Below the pieces are notes generated by a model that was not told the DNA's origin, ran no database searches, and saw nothing but the letters and a program-made list of their open reading frames with translations. A stretch of DNA of 64,000 nucleotides from Mobula hypostoma (lineage: Eukaryota), in the NCBI RefSeq assembly GCF_963921235.1, contig NC_086097.1, positions 52,454,001 through 52,518,000 of the forward strand, written 5' to 3'. Positions 1 through 12,375 of the stretch are shown here, piece by piece. Made by a program: the position numbers and the translations under genes. Position 1 is the stretch's first letter. The number at the start of each line of letters is the position of its first letter.

Positions 1-599
1 CAAAGATCACTTGTACTCAATGGCTTATCAATAAAAAATAAACTGGATTTAAAAACATTATAAAGATATGAAGATCTCTGGAATACCTGGTAAGCTAAAG
101 AGAGAAATATTTTAATCAAAGGAAGTTAACTTGGTCATTTCTCATAATTGTTTCTCAGTTTCAATCCCTTTTCTCTTTAAGTCTATTTGCAAAGCTTAAT
201 TGACAAAAAATTATCCAAAGCTGAAAACTTGAATTAATGTTTAATTAACTTAGAGAACAATGATGCCAAAGAAAATAAATGAATGGATGTAAGGGTTGGC
301 GAGAGTGACTTATAAGAAAGATGAAGAGGATTAGATGGGTGACATAATCAAGAGAGAACCCAAAGATCACAACTGAAAATGAATGTAATTAATGCAGTTA
401 TTTTAGATCAATAATAGTTCGTGTAGTGCCAACTGCACTTTGCAACTAGAAATGCTAAAATTAATTGTTTTCATTATGATCAGTTTGTATTATGTACTGG
501 TGGTTCATCAAGTTTTTAAATCAGTCTCAACAAAAACAATTTGTTAAGCTTCTTTTTTTTTACACACAATTGGAAAGGTGTTTTAAAATGCTGACTGAC

Positions 600-839
600 C
601 CGGCTCCCCACAGCGTGGCTGACCAGTTCCAGGGGCTGTCCTCGTCCCGGGAACCTCCTGTCCATTCTCGTACACACACCAGCAGTATCCTGTGCTGCTG
701 TGACACTGCATCAGCCTGAACTTTCCTTCTTCGTCACACTGAGGGATGTGGAGTCCAACGAGAGGCCCGCGCAGGCTCACCTCTGCTTGTGTCTGTTCTC
801 GCTGCTGCTCACAAGCAGACTTTGAACGTTCATTGGCCA
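600..839 (-). CDS. NID2: TY-domain exon (240 bp, class C)
   Basis: Acceptor ttattAG|TG GCC AAT, donor CCG G|GTCAGT; (V)ANERSKSACEQQ...[28 protein letters not shown]. Confidence 0.9.
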
Positions 840-1701
840 CTAATAAAATAGAATGGTTTTGAAACAATTTCTAATAAAAGTTGCAATTCTCTCAAAGAGC
901 CTCTGTTGACATCACTTCTATTAAACCTAGAGGGGGCCCTGTGGGCTAGAAATTTTGCAACCGCCAAGGTGCATTTAATAGACACAAGGTATATTGACAA
1001 GGCAACCTTGATATAGGAGTGCCTTGGGCAAGCATTTCTAAAATAACCAGTCCAAGCTCTCCCAATACTCTCAAGGGGAACTGCAAGAGGAATAACTCCA
1101 TTCAGTGTGCCCCAGTGGAGCAATCTCACTGGTGTATAAAAGCAACTCACACCAGGAAATGACCATTTAAGTGTTTGGAACATATATTATAGAACAGTAC
1201 AGCACAGGAACTGGACCTTCTGCCTAAATTGCCTGCACCGAACACAATTCCAAATTAAACTGCATCCCTTCTGTCTGCAAATGATCCACTTCTCTCCATT
1301 CCTTGCATAGTCAGATGTCTAGCTAAAAATCTCTTAAACACCACTACTCTATTGTACCTGCTTTCATTACCACAATGGAAGGAGACGAAGCTAAACAAAG
1401 TAGCCATTACCATCTTCTTTCTGGAAAAATCAATGGCTTTCTGTAACCTAATGTGGAAAAGCAGCTATATTAGGTAATTTCTCGGCAACTCAGTTTACAG
1501 GAGAGGAACCATCCTTGAGCTAATGATTTTTAGTTCCAATGCATCTCACATAATCCACCACCACAGTTCATCTGTATTTCATCACACCCAACGCAGTTTA
1601 TAATTTCATTACAGGCATAACTGTCAAAACTTTAATAGGGTTTCTCAGTACAGTATCGTTATTAAATATTTATTCTGAATAACTTATAGCAGGGGAATTT
1701 T

Positions 1702-2259
1702 GAAAAATCCTGAAGAAAACGGAACAGCAAGTCAGCTGTCGGAGGCTCTGTACTCGATGAATTGCGCTCTCCCTCTCTCGTTGGAGGGCGAAAGATTGTT
1801 GCCGATTCTGCGGGCGGAGAACTTGGGCGGAGTGGGGGAAGGTGGCGCGAGAGATTTTTAGCACTGTAAATCAGTGAGTTGTTTTGTTCTGTCTCCCCTC
1901 TCACTGTGAAAGGGGACACTTCCCTTTCCCTTTATTGGGGAGAGAGACAGCCTGTGGCATGTCGAATTGTTGGGTGAACGAACAATTTTGCTGTCCTTCA
2001 GATCATGGTCTTTCTTGAGGACTTTGCTGTTTTAGGTTTGGTGGGTGGAGGGGGCTGATGCTTTTTTTGCAGAAGTGTGTGGGGATGGGGAGGAGGAGGG
2101 TCGTTGCTTTGCTGCTGCATGTGCGTACAAAAGATCTTTGGGGGTCTAACGCTTTTTAACTCTCACTCTTCTGTGTTCATGGATGTCTGTGAAGAACAAG
2201 AATTTCAGGATGTATATTGCATACATTTCTCTGATATTAAACAGAGGAACTGAACTATT
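1702..2259 (+). mobile_element. Unclassified interspersed repeat insertion
   Basis: Absent from the paralogous introns near 4870 and 36580; flanked by GAATTTT (1695-1701 and 2260-2266), a possible TSD. Confidence 0.45.
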
Positions 2260-2529
2260 GAATTTTCACCCTGCTCTGCAAGGGAAGAGAAGTTTCATTC
2301 ACAACATGTGACCATGCAAAACCTTCCTATATTACATTGTAATTGTAACAGTCTGAACTGATAACAAAATATTTTGTCACAGGATGTTTAATAGAGAAAA
2401 AACGCAAGAAAGTCAGAAAATATTCAGTAAAACTTTAGAAAACAGGTGTCCAGTACTGTCTGTGTGCGTTTGACCTGTCTCTCTCTTTTCTCACTACTAC
2501 CATTGGGCAGGGGGTGTAGGAGTCTTAGG

Positions 2530-3087
2530 CCCCAACCTTGAGTATTGTGAACAGTTTTGGGCTCCTTATCTAAGAAAAAATGTACTGGCATTACAGAGGG
2601 TTCAAAGGAGGGTCACAAGGATGATTTTAGGAATGAAAGAGTTATCATACAAGGTACGTTTGATAGCTCTGGGTCTATACTCACTGGAATTCAGAAGGAT
2701 GAAGGGCGGGATCTCATTAAAACCTCTCGGATATTGAAAGGCCTAGATGGAGTAGATGTGGAAAGGAGCTTTCCCATGGTGGGGGAGTGTAGGACAAGAG
2801 GACACAACCTCAGGATAGAGGGGCATCCATTTAAAACGGAGATGCGGAGAAATTCCTCTGGCCAGATGGTGGTGAATTTGTGGAATTTGTTGCCACAGGC
2901 AGCTAAGGAGTCCAGGTCGTTGAGTTTATTTGAGGCAGAGCTTGATAGGTTCTTGATTGGAAAGGTTAGGGGAGAAGGCCGGGGTGTGGGGCTGAGGAGG
3001 GGAAAGAAAGAAGATCAACCATGATTGAATGATGGAGCAGACTTGATGGGCCGAGTGGCCTGATTCTGTTCCTGTTTCTTATGGTCC
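2530..3087 (+). mobile_element. CR1 LINE 3' fragment
   Basis: GECRTRGHNLRIEGHPFKTEMRRN..VVNLWNLLPQ, the CR1 ORF2 C-terminus, followed by a CR1-type 3' UTR. Confidence 0.85.
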
Positions 3088-3089
3088 CA

Positions 3090-3412
3090 TGCCGCCAGGT
3101 TCGGGAGTATTGTTGCCCTGTGGCCGTCGGGCTCCTGGACCCGCTTCACTCCCCTCAGCGCTGGACTGGCTTCACAGCTGTGGACTCACTTTCAGGAACT
3201 CTGCAGTTCATGTTCCATGTGCTATTTGTTTACTGTTTTTTAATGTTTGTGTGATTTGTCCTCTGTTGCATGTTGGATGTGTGGCAGTCTTTGTTGTATG
3301 TGGTTTTTCCTCCGTGTTTCTTTGTTTTTTCTGAGGATGCCTGCAAGAAAATGAATCCCAAGGTTGTGAATGGTAGACATACTTTTATAATAAATGTGAA
3401 CTTTGAACTTTT
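3090..3412 (+). mobile_element. SINE/LINE 3' fragment with (TGAACTT)n tail
   Basis: AATAAA followed by a TGAACTT tandem tail; absent from paralogous introns. Confidence 0.5.
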
Positions 3413-3941
3413 TAAGGGGGCTTCATTCTTTATCTACAAATGCTCCATCTTCAGTTCTGAAATGCTTTGTTGCACTATCTACTTACCTACAGTATACATT
3501 TCCAACTCTTGGGTTTAAGAGATAACAAAGTTTTACAAAGTCTCACTCAGTGGTGAGTTACTTTGATGACAGCATGGATGCCAGCACAACAGCTGTGGAA
3601 AAGGGCAATCCATTGACATAAATAATGCAAGTGGTATTCCCAAACAATTTACAATAGATCAGACTGACAGCTGAGAGAGAGCGGATGCAGTCAGAAGAAG
3701 AGCCAGACCTGCTGACTATGGGTGTGATCTGGCTATACCAGCAAAGTCAGCTTTAATCAGTGGTTTAAAGCCAAACACAATCATAAGAGACAACTGCTGC
3801 TCAACTTATTCATTATTATGCTAATCAACTTTTATGAAAACACAAATACTTCAAGAGTCTCTCTACAGTAATTAGAGCACCTTGGAATTCCGCATTTTTG
3901 CTCAGAAGTGGTCGTTAGACCTAATTATAGCCTTAACTGAC

Positions 3942-4181
3942 CTATCCACACACAGCGTGGTTGATTAGTTCCAGGGGCTGTCCTCGTCCCGGGAACCTCC
4001 TGTCCATTCTTGTACACACACCAGCAGTATCCTGTGCTGCCGTGACACTGCATAGGCCTGAAATTCCCCTCGTCATCACACTGAGGGATGTAGACACCAA
4101 TGAGAGGACCATGTGGGCTCATCTCCCCTTGCGTCCATTCTCGCTGCTGCTCACAGGCAGACTTTGGATGCTCGTTGACCA
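3942..4181 (-). CDS. NID2: TY-domain exon (240 bp, class C)
   Basis: ttattAG acceptor, G|GTCAGT donor; six Cys, CWCV motif, open frame. Confidence 0.9.
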
Positions 4182-5609
4182 CTAATAAAATAAAATGGTT
4201 TTGAAACAAATTCTGATAAAACTTGCGATTCTCTCAAAGAGGCTGTGGTAACATCCCTTGTATTAGACCCATAGTGGACGATATCGGCTGGAAATTCTGC
4301 ACTCTCAGAGGTACATTAAATGAACGCAAAGTGGATTGACAAGATCACTGTGTTTCAGGAGTGCCTTGGACAAGCATTTCTGGAATAATTGGTCCAAATT
4401 CTCTCGGCAATATTCCCAAGGGAATTGCATGGGGAATGACTCTATTAAAAGTGTGCCTCAATTGAGCAATCTCACTGATGTACAAGGACAGTTCTCTGCA
4501 GGAAATGACCTGTTAGATGTTCAGAACATCGAGCAATACAGTACAAAGCACAGGAACAGGCCCACTGGCCAAAATTGTCAGTGTCAAATGCAATGTCAAA
4601 TTAAATCAAGTCTCTTACTGGCACATGATTCATTAAACAAATTTATAAGCAAATCAGTTTACAGGAAAGAAAGCAACCTTGAGCAAATGAATTTTAGTTC
4701 CACGAGTTTCATGTAATATTTTTAATTTATCACTGGAGTTGATCCGTATTCTATTGGTACTCAGTACTGTTTATATTTTCAACTTGCATTTTACTGCTTA
4801 TTACAAGAATAACTACCAAAGTTTCTTAATAGTTTTTTTATGGTTCAAAATCTTCATTGTGTTTATTCCGAAGAACTTGTAGCAGGTAGAAGCCACATGT
4901 TTTTGTGCAGAACATTCTTATATTGTGGTTGTAACAATTTGAATTGAGAACAGAAGATTTTAAGTTACAGGATTACTGCCTGAGAAAAATACAAGAAATG
5001 TAGAAAATGTTCAGTCAAAATCGACACAAGAGGAGACATTTTTGAAGAAAAGGAACAGCTTTAAGGGGCTTCATTCTGTAATTTGCAAATGCTCCATCTT
5101 CAGTTTTGAAATGTTTTGATGCCTCGTCTACAAACCACATATATTTCTGGCTCTTGGGCTTAAGAGATACAGAAGTTTCATAAAATTAGAAACTTTCAAT
5201 ACAAGGTGAGTTCCTTTGAAGAAGAAACGGAAGGCAGCAGAACAGCTGTGGAAAAGACCAGTCCGTAGACATAAAGAATGCAAGAGGTATTTCAAAACAA
5301 TCTACAATTGAACAGACTGACAGGAGAGACAGGGGGAAGCAGTCAGAAGGAGAGCCAGACCTTTTGACTATGGATGTGATCTGACATTCCTAGTCATACC
5401 TACAGGCCAGCTTTAATCAGTGGTTTAAAGCCAATCACAATCATAAGAGATGTGTTGTCCATATCATTCATTACCATGCTAATCAGTTTCTATCAACTAT
5501 ACCGGTGCTTTGAAAAATGCCAATGAGTCTCTCAACAATAATTAAAGATTTTTTAAGATCTTGTTTTTGCTCAATAGCGGTCATTAACTTAATTATATTC
5601 TTAACTGAC

Positions 5610-5861
5610 CTGGATGCCCACAACGTGGTTGAGCAGATCCAGGTGCTGTCCTAGTCCCAGCAATTTCCCGTCCATTTTCATCCACACACCAGCAGTGGCC
5701 TGTGCTGCTTTGACATTGCATCGGCCTGAAGTTCCCCTCGTCATCACACTGAGGGATGTAGAGTCCCACCCGAGGTTCAGATCCAAATGCAGTCAACTCC
5801 GTTTGTAATCTCTCTCGTTGCTCTTCACATGCAGTTTTACGGCGTTCACTGGTTGTTAAAG
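5610..5861 (-). CDS. NID2: TY-domain exon (252 bp, class A)
   Basis: ttttgatcAG|CT TTA ACA acceptor, G|GTCAGT donor; LTTSERRKTACEEQRERLQTELTAFGSEPRVGLYIPQC...RCGHP. Confidence 0.9.
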
Positions 5862-6327
5862 CTGATCAAAATAAACAGATTGTCAAATACTCAAAGTAGT
5901 GCTTTGGGACCGGACCCAATGCCGCAATGTGACAGGGGAACAGTCAACCCTCTTGGGAAATAAAGCTGCTCAAGTAGGGACAGCACTGTGGAACAAGTTG
6001 TAAAGTGGTTATGGAAAAATATAGGGCTGGTCCACAAGTTAAAGGACTAAACTGGGATAAAGCTGATCGTGATACCAGTAGACAAGAACATGCAAAGGTT
6101 GATTGGGAGATATTGTTAGCAGGTAAAGGTATCACTGAGTTCCAAATCAGAAACTTCATTAATTAAAGTCCCTTTGAACTTCAAATGTTAACACTGATCA
6201 TGCTGTTTAACATGCTGTGCGATGGCCCCTTGGGTGTTATGGTTGTTAATGCAAATGACATTTTTAGCTTCTATTGAATGTACATGTGATAAATAAATCT
6301 GAACTAAAATCCAATGGCCTCACTTAC

Positions 6328-6564
6328 CTGGCACCTCACAGCGTGGTTGACCAGTTCCAGGTGCTGTTCTAGTCCCTGCAACCTCCTGTCCATTCTCGTA
6401 CACACACCAACAGTATCCTGTGCTGCCGTGACATTGCATCGGCCTGAAGTTCCCCTCGTCATCACACTGAGGGATGTAGAGTCCAACAAGAAGTCCGTGC
6501 TGGCTCCCCTCTGCTTGCAACCGTTCTCGCTGCTGCTCACAGGCAGACTTCGGGCGCTCACTGG
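6328..6564 (-). CDS. NID2: TY-domain exon (237 bp, class B)
   Basis: ctgcAG|CC AGT acceptor, G|GTAAGT donor; [33 protein letters not shown]...RCEVP. Confidence 0.9.
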
Positions 6565-7571
6565 CTGCAGATCAATTCAAGAAGGAATCTGTTACTGAGC
6601 AACAGTGGAAATATTTTAAACTGAGCTGTGTCATTTTTCTTCTTGCTGACTGTGTTGTCAGTTTACAGGGCATCAGGCAAGCCAGCAGGTTGTGTGACAT
6701 TGTGCCTGACGTGTTCAGCCTTTTGCTGCAATGGATGCTAATTGCTTGTGCAGAACAAGGATAAGCTGGATTGTCATTAAGGAGACAATTTAAATTGGGG
6801 TTTCAATGTTTTACATCTCTGTACGACTGAATGAGGAGAAAAATAAGAAACACAGAAAACATCCAATTAGAAGAGAGAAAGAAAGAGAGACAGGAAAAGC
6901 TGAAAATGCAGAACAGAGAAAAAAAATGACACAGATATATTTGATTTTGTGAGTCCATCTTAGACTTTTCTTAATTTTCCCTTTCGATTTAGACAGGTGC
7001 AATAAATAAAACAAACTTTGAATGTCTTGTTTTTGGAGCTCACATTGTGAAATATTTCTATTTGTTAACTGGGTGTGAGAAAGTCAGTTTATAGGGATAC
7101 ATAGTGTCATCAGCAGAATTCTTCTTCCCATAGATTTCGGGTGCAAGTTAAGGGGTTTAGATGGGATTTGAGGGGATTTGTTTTTGCAACTCAAAAAACA
7201 CCGCCTGAAGAGCTGCTGGAAGTAGCTACTCCCAGAGTTTAAGAAACAGCTAAAAAAAAAAGTACTGTACTTGAATTGCCAAAGTGTAGAAAGCTACTGA
7301 CCTAACACTTACGAATGGGATTCGTATCAGTAGGTACATTGGATAGAATAAACATGGTGGGCTGAAGGGCCTGTGCTGTAAGATGCTATGGGCCTTATTG
7401 ACACTTCACAGTTATAGCTGACACAAGATGCCTGAATAAATTCTTCCAATGATAATCTAAGGCTATGAAAAACACAGACGTGCTTCTGCAAATCGCAGAA
7501 TATTATCCTTTGTTATAAAATAAATTCCTTATGCATTGTAAAACAGTTGGTTTAATTTTAACCTGACTAAC

Positions 7572-7823
7572 CTGGAAGCCCACAACGTGGTTGAGCAGAT
7601 CCAGGTGCTGTCCTCGTCCCAGCAACTTCCTGTCCATTTTCATCCACACACCAGCAGTGGCCTGAGCTGCTTTGACATTGCATCGGCCTGAAGTTCCCCT
7701 CGTCATCACACTGAGGGATGTAGAGTCCCACCCGAGGTTCAGATCCAAATGCAGTCAACTCCGTTTGTAATCTCTCTCGTTGCTCTTCACATGCAGTTTT
7801 ACGGCGTTCACTGGTTGTTAAAG
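7572..7823 (-). CDS. NID2: TY-domain exon (252 bp, class A)
   Basis: gatcAG acceptor, G|GTTAGT donor, open TY domain. Confidence 0.9.
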
Positions 7824-8284
7824 CTGATCAAAATAAACAGATTGTCAAATACACTAAGTAGTGCTTTGGGACCGGACCCAATGCCGCAATGTGACAGGGG
7901 AACAGTCAACCCTCTTGGGAAATAAAGCTGCTCAAGTAGGGACGGCACTGTGGGACAAGTTGTAAAGTGGTTATGGAAAAAGATAGGGCTGGTCCACAAG
8001 TTAAAGGACTAAACTGGGATAAAGCTGATCATGATACCAGTAGACAAGAACATGCAAAGGTTGATTGGGAGATATTGTTAGCAGGTAAAGGGATCACTGA
8101 GTTCCAAATCAGAAACTTCATTAATTAAAGTCCCTTTGAGCCATATTTTAACACTGATCATGTTTAACATGCTGTGAGCTGGCCCCTTGATTGTTATGGT
8201 TGTTAATGCAAATGACATTTTTAGCTTCTATTAAATGTACATGTGATAAATAAATCTGAACTTAAATCCAATGGCCTCACTTAC

Positions 8285-8521
8285 TTGGCACCTCACAGCG
8301 TGGTTGACCAGTTCCAGGTGCTGTCCTCGTCCCTGCAACCTCCTGTCCATTCTCGTACACACACCAACAGTATCCTGTGCTGCCGTGACATTGCATCGGC
8401 CTGAAGTTCCCCTCGTCATCACACTGAGGGATGTAGAGTCCAACAAGAAGTCCGTGCTGGCTCCCCTCTGCTTGCAACCGTTCTCGCTGCTGCTCACAGG
8501 CAGACTTCGGGCGCTCACTGG
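8285..8521 (-). CDS. NID2: TY-domain exon (237 bp, class B)
   Basis: ctgcAG acceptor, A|GTAAGT donor, open TY domain. Confidence 0.9.
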
Positions 8522-8991
8522 CTGCAGATCAATTCAAGAAGGAATCTGTTACTGAGCAACAGTGGAAATATTTTAAACTGAGCTGTGTCATTTTTCTTCT
8601 TGCTGACTGTGTTGTCAGTTTACAGGGCATCAGGCAAGCCAGCAGGTTGTGTGACATTGTGCCTGACGTGTTCAGCCTGTTGTTACAATGGATGCTAATT
8701 GCTTGTGCAGAACAAGGATAAACTGGATTGTCATTAAGGAGACAATTTAAATTGAGGTTTCAAGGTTTTACATTTCTGTACAACTGAATGAGGAGAAATG
8801 AAAGAAATATAGAAACCATCCAATTAGAAGGGAGAAAGAAAGAGGGACTGCAAAACATGCAAAACCTGAAAAGCCAGAACTGAGAAAAAAAAAGCACAGA
8901 TATATTTAAATTTTGGCATCTTTCTTAGATTTTTCTTAATTTTCCCTTTCAATTTGGACAGGTACAATAAAGAAAAAGCGAATTTTGATTT

Positions 8992-9462
8992 GCAGTTACA
9001 AAATACACGTGGACTAAGATGTTAACTGTCCTGTGCTATCACTAGTGGGATCATCAGTTGATCTGCCACCTGTCTTCAGGAGTTTCGGCCCGCTAATGAA
9101 CAAGACTCCCTCGAGGTGGTGGGCCAGCAGTGCTAAAGCACCACCTCCCACTGGTGAGCTTAAAAACTTGGCATCTGCCTCTATCAGAGTTGTTGGTCGC
9201 TTCCATCCAACAGATAGTCTACTCTTCAGGTGTCTATGCAACTACTGAAGGGTTTGCAAGATATGTATACACTGTCTGACTATCTGCCCCTCTGGACATA
9301 CTTGGTCCACACCCATGCTGATCCTTTCTCTGCTGCCTCAGATACAGCCCCGCTGGTTGACTTGATCTCTCTTCTAGTGAAGCCAAGTTCATGCAGCCAC
9401 TTCTGGAGAGTGAACGCAATAAACCCACGGCAGTCTACTTCGTATGGATAGCATGAGACCTT
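8992..9462 (-). mobile_element. 5'-truncated HERO/NeSL-like (REL-endonuclease) non-LTR retrotransposon
   Basis: ORF 9280-9468 reads CYPYEVDCRGFIA...EAAEKGSAWVW, like the PVEVGCRGF...AERGSFWLW C-terminus of this group; it interrupts an intron that is continuous in the other unit copies. Confidence 0.65.
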
Positions 9463-9635
9463 GCTCATATTGTGAAATATTTCTTCTTGCTTACTGTGTG
9501 TGAGAAAGTCAGCTTAGTGTAAAGTAGTGTATATACACAAAGGTACTTCTGCAGTTCCCAAAATATGATTCTTCACTATAAAATAAGTTTGTTGTTCATT
9601 TTAAAACAGCTCATTTAATTTTAACCATAACGAAC

Positions 9636-9872
9636 CTGGAAGTCCGCAACGTGGTTGAGCAGATCCAGGTGCTGTCCTCGTCCCAGCAACTTCCCGTCCA
9701 TTTTCATCTACACACCAGCAGTGGCCTGTGCTGCTGTGACATTGCATCGGCCTGAAGTTCCCCTCGTCATCACACTGAGGGATGTGGACTCCCAGAAGAG
9801 GCCCCCGCAGGCTCATCTCTGCCTCTGTCCATTCTCGCTGCTGCTCACAGGCAGACTTTGGGCGGTCACTGG
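9636..9872 (-). CDS. NID2: TY-domain exon (237 bp, mosaic)
   Basis: ttgcAG acceptor, weak G|GTTCGT donor; [33 protein letters not shown]...HCWCVDENGREVAG...RCGLP. Confidence 0.82.
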
Positions 9873-11302
9873 CTGCAAATCAATTCAAGAAGGAACCTGT
9901 TACTAAGCAAAAGTGTGAATATTTTAAGTTGAGCTGTGCCATTTTTCTTCTTGCTGACTGTGTTGTCAGTTTACAGGGCATCAGGCAAGCCAGCAGGTTG
10001 TGTGACATTGTGCCTGACGTGTTCAGCCTGTGTTACAATGGATGCTAATTCCTTGTGCTGCATTGTCATTGGTTTACATCTCTATACAACTGAATGAGGG
10101 GAAAAATAAGAAATATAGAAACCATCCAGTCAGTAGTGAGAAAGAAAGAGAGACTGTAAAATCTGAAAAGGCTTAACAGAGAAAAAAATAGCAGAGATAT
10201 ATTTAACTTTGGGGGGGGGGTCCATCTTAGATTTTTCTTAATTTTCCCTTTCAATTTGGACAAGTGCAATCAAGAAAAAACAAACTTAGATTTTCTCATT
10301 TTGGGAGCTCACTTTGTGTAATATTTCTTCTTGCTTACTGTGCATATGAAAGTCAGTTTATAGGGATACATAGTGTCATCAGCAGAATTCTTCTTCCCAT
10401 AGACTTAAGGGGTTTAGATGGGATTTGAGGGGATTTGATTTTTTTTTTGCAGTGTTTTCTAACACTGCCTGAACAGCTGGTGGAAGTAGAAACCTTCACA
10501 GTGTTTAAGAAACAGCTAAAAAAAAAAGTACTTGAATTGCCAAAGAGTGGAACTGGAGTTGGATGTACTCGGGATCAGTTGGGAGGGTGAAGATATTATG
10601 AATGAGACTTTTGAACAGGTGGTCACACCCAGAGTACAGAGATAGAGGAGGAGGTAAAAGATTGGGGGAAGGGGGAGGTGGGAGTCACACTACAAATCCG
10701 GGACAATATCTCAGCTGCGCTCAGGGAAGACGTAACAGAGGGTTCTGACATTGAGTTCATTTGGGTGGAACTCAGGAATAGGAAAGGTGTAATCACACTG
10801 ATGGGATTGTACTGCAGACCCCTCTGAAGCCACTGGGACATTGAGCAACAGATATGGAATCAGATTAAGGAAATGTGTAAAAATAACAGGGTTGCTATCA
10901 AGGGAGATTTCAACTTCCCTAGTTAAACTGGGACCTTCTTAGTGCAAGAGGTTTAGGTGGGACAGAGATTGTTAAGTGTACCCAGGAAGGTTTCTTAAAT
11001 CAATATGTGGACTGTCCAATGAGAGGAGGGGCCATACTGGACCTGGTGTTGGGTAATGAGCCTGGCCAGGTGGCTGACAGTGACCACAACTCCTTAACTT
11101 TCAGGACACCTAGAGATAAGGTCCTTGTGGGAGAGTTTTAAATTGGAGCAGGGCAAATTATGAGGGCATTAGGCAGGAACTAAGTATTAATCGGGAACCT
11201 TTTCTCTGACAAGTCCACATCAGAAATGAGAAGGGTGTTTAAGGATCAATTGCACAGAGTACAGGAAAGGTATGTTCCTGTTAGAAGGAAGGACAGGGAT
11301 AG

Positions 11303-12154
11303 TGTTATGTACCCCGTAACTGCGTTGTCAAACCAGCGGAAATGGAAGACTCGTTGGAGTCTGTGATTACTAGAAACTGATAAAGTTTTATTAACAAAAA
11401 TAAGTAATACAGTACACTAACCTCAAGGATATAAATGTAACAGGTTAGCAATGATAGTACACACATATACACAGAAATAGGGTAATAGGAATCAACCAAG
11501 CTCTATCGCAGTCTGGGGGTAAAATGATCAGTCTTAAGGTGAAGCAGAGTTCAGTTCAGTCTAGTGTAGTCCGAAGTAATCACTATTGTTGTACCATTGG
11601 GGGGAAGAGAGAGAGAGTGAGAGATACAGTTGGTTTCAGGCAAATCTTTCGATGCCTTCTGATCCCGTTGTGGTCACCGACTGTGACCCCTCCATTCCGA
11701 ATGCGACCGTTCTTCCGTGGTGAACCTGGCACCCAGGCAAGGGCGGACACACAGCAGGTCCCCACCAGTCGTACCTTTACACCCTGTGAGCCTCTGACCG
11801 TTTCCCACGAATCAGTCCTCCAAACTCCCACCAAGTTGTAGGGCACAACGCTCTTTCCAGGGTCTCATGATGTGCGTGCTGTGCCTTTGCAAACTCGTTA
11901 TGTTTATCCCCCTGATGGGGTATGACCTGTCCATCAAACTTCACACTTCCTATTGTCTCAGCAGGATTGTTAACGAACAGTTCAGGTTCAAAGCAAACTG
12001 TCTGTGGCAGACACCACATACTGAATTATGTGTCTCTCTCTCGTTATCTCCCTCTTCTCTCTTATTAGCATTTTGAATGGCTCTCCATTGTCTCTCATTA
12101 GATCTCTCATTAACATCATCCATTCTGCAGCTCTGCTTGGCTTCACACATGACA
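11303..12154 (-). mobile_element. Solo LTR inserted in CR1
   Basis: TG...CA ends, 4-bp TSD ATAG (11299-11302 and 12155-12158), CR1 resumes on both sides; minus-strand AATAAA near 11390. Confidence 0.85.
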
Positions 12155-12275
12155 ATAGAAAGATAAGAGAACCTTGGATGTCCAGAGAGGTGTTGAATTT
12201 AGTCAAGAAGAAAAAGGAAAAGTTTGTACAGCTTTGGAAGTCAGGATCAAACGAAACACATGAGGAGTATAAAGA

Positions 12276-12375
12276 GGGTCCTGACGAAGGGTCTTGGCCT
12301 GAAATGTCGACTGTACCTCTTCCTAGAGATGCTGCCTGGCCTGCTGTGTTCACCAGTAACTTTGATGTGTGTTGC
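12276..12375 (+). mobile_element. 100-bp Penelope-like terminal-repeat fragment with hammerhead motif
   Basis: 13-bp TSD AGGAGTATAAAGA (12263-12275 and 12376-12388); matches the Penelope tail at 25780-25880. Confidence 0.8.

Larger units (their letters stand above)
5610..8990. repeat. Tandem ~1.96 kb unit (A exon + intron + B exon + intron), ~1.7 copies
   Basis: Exon offsets of 1962 and 1957 bp; introns nearly identical by eye. Confidence 0.9.
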
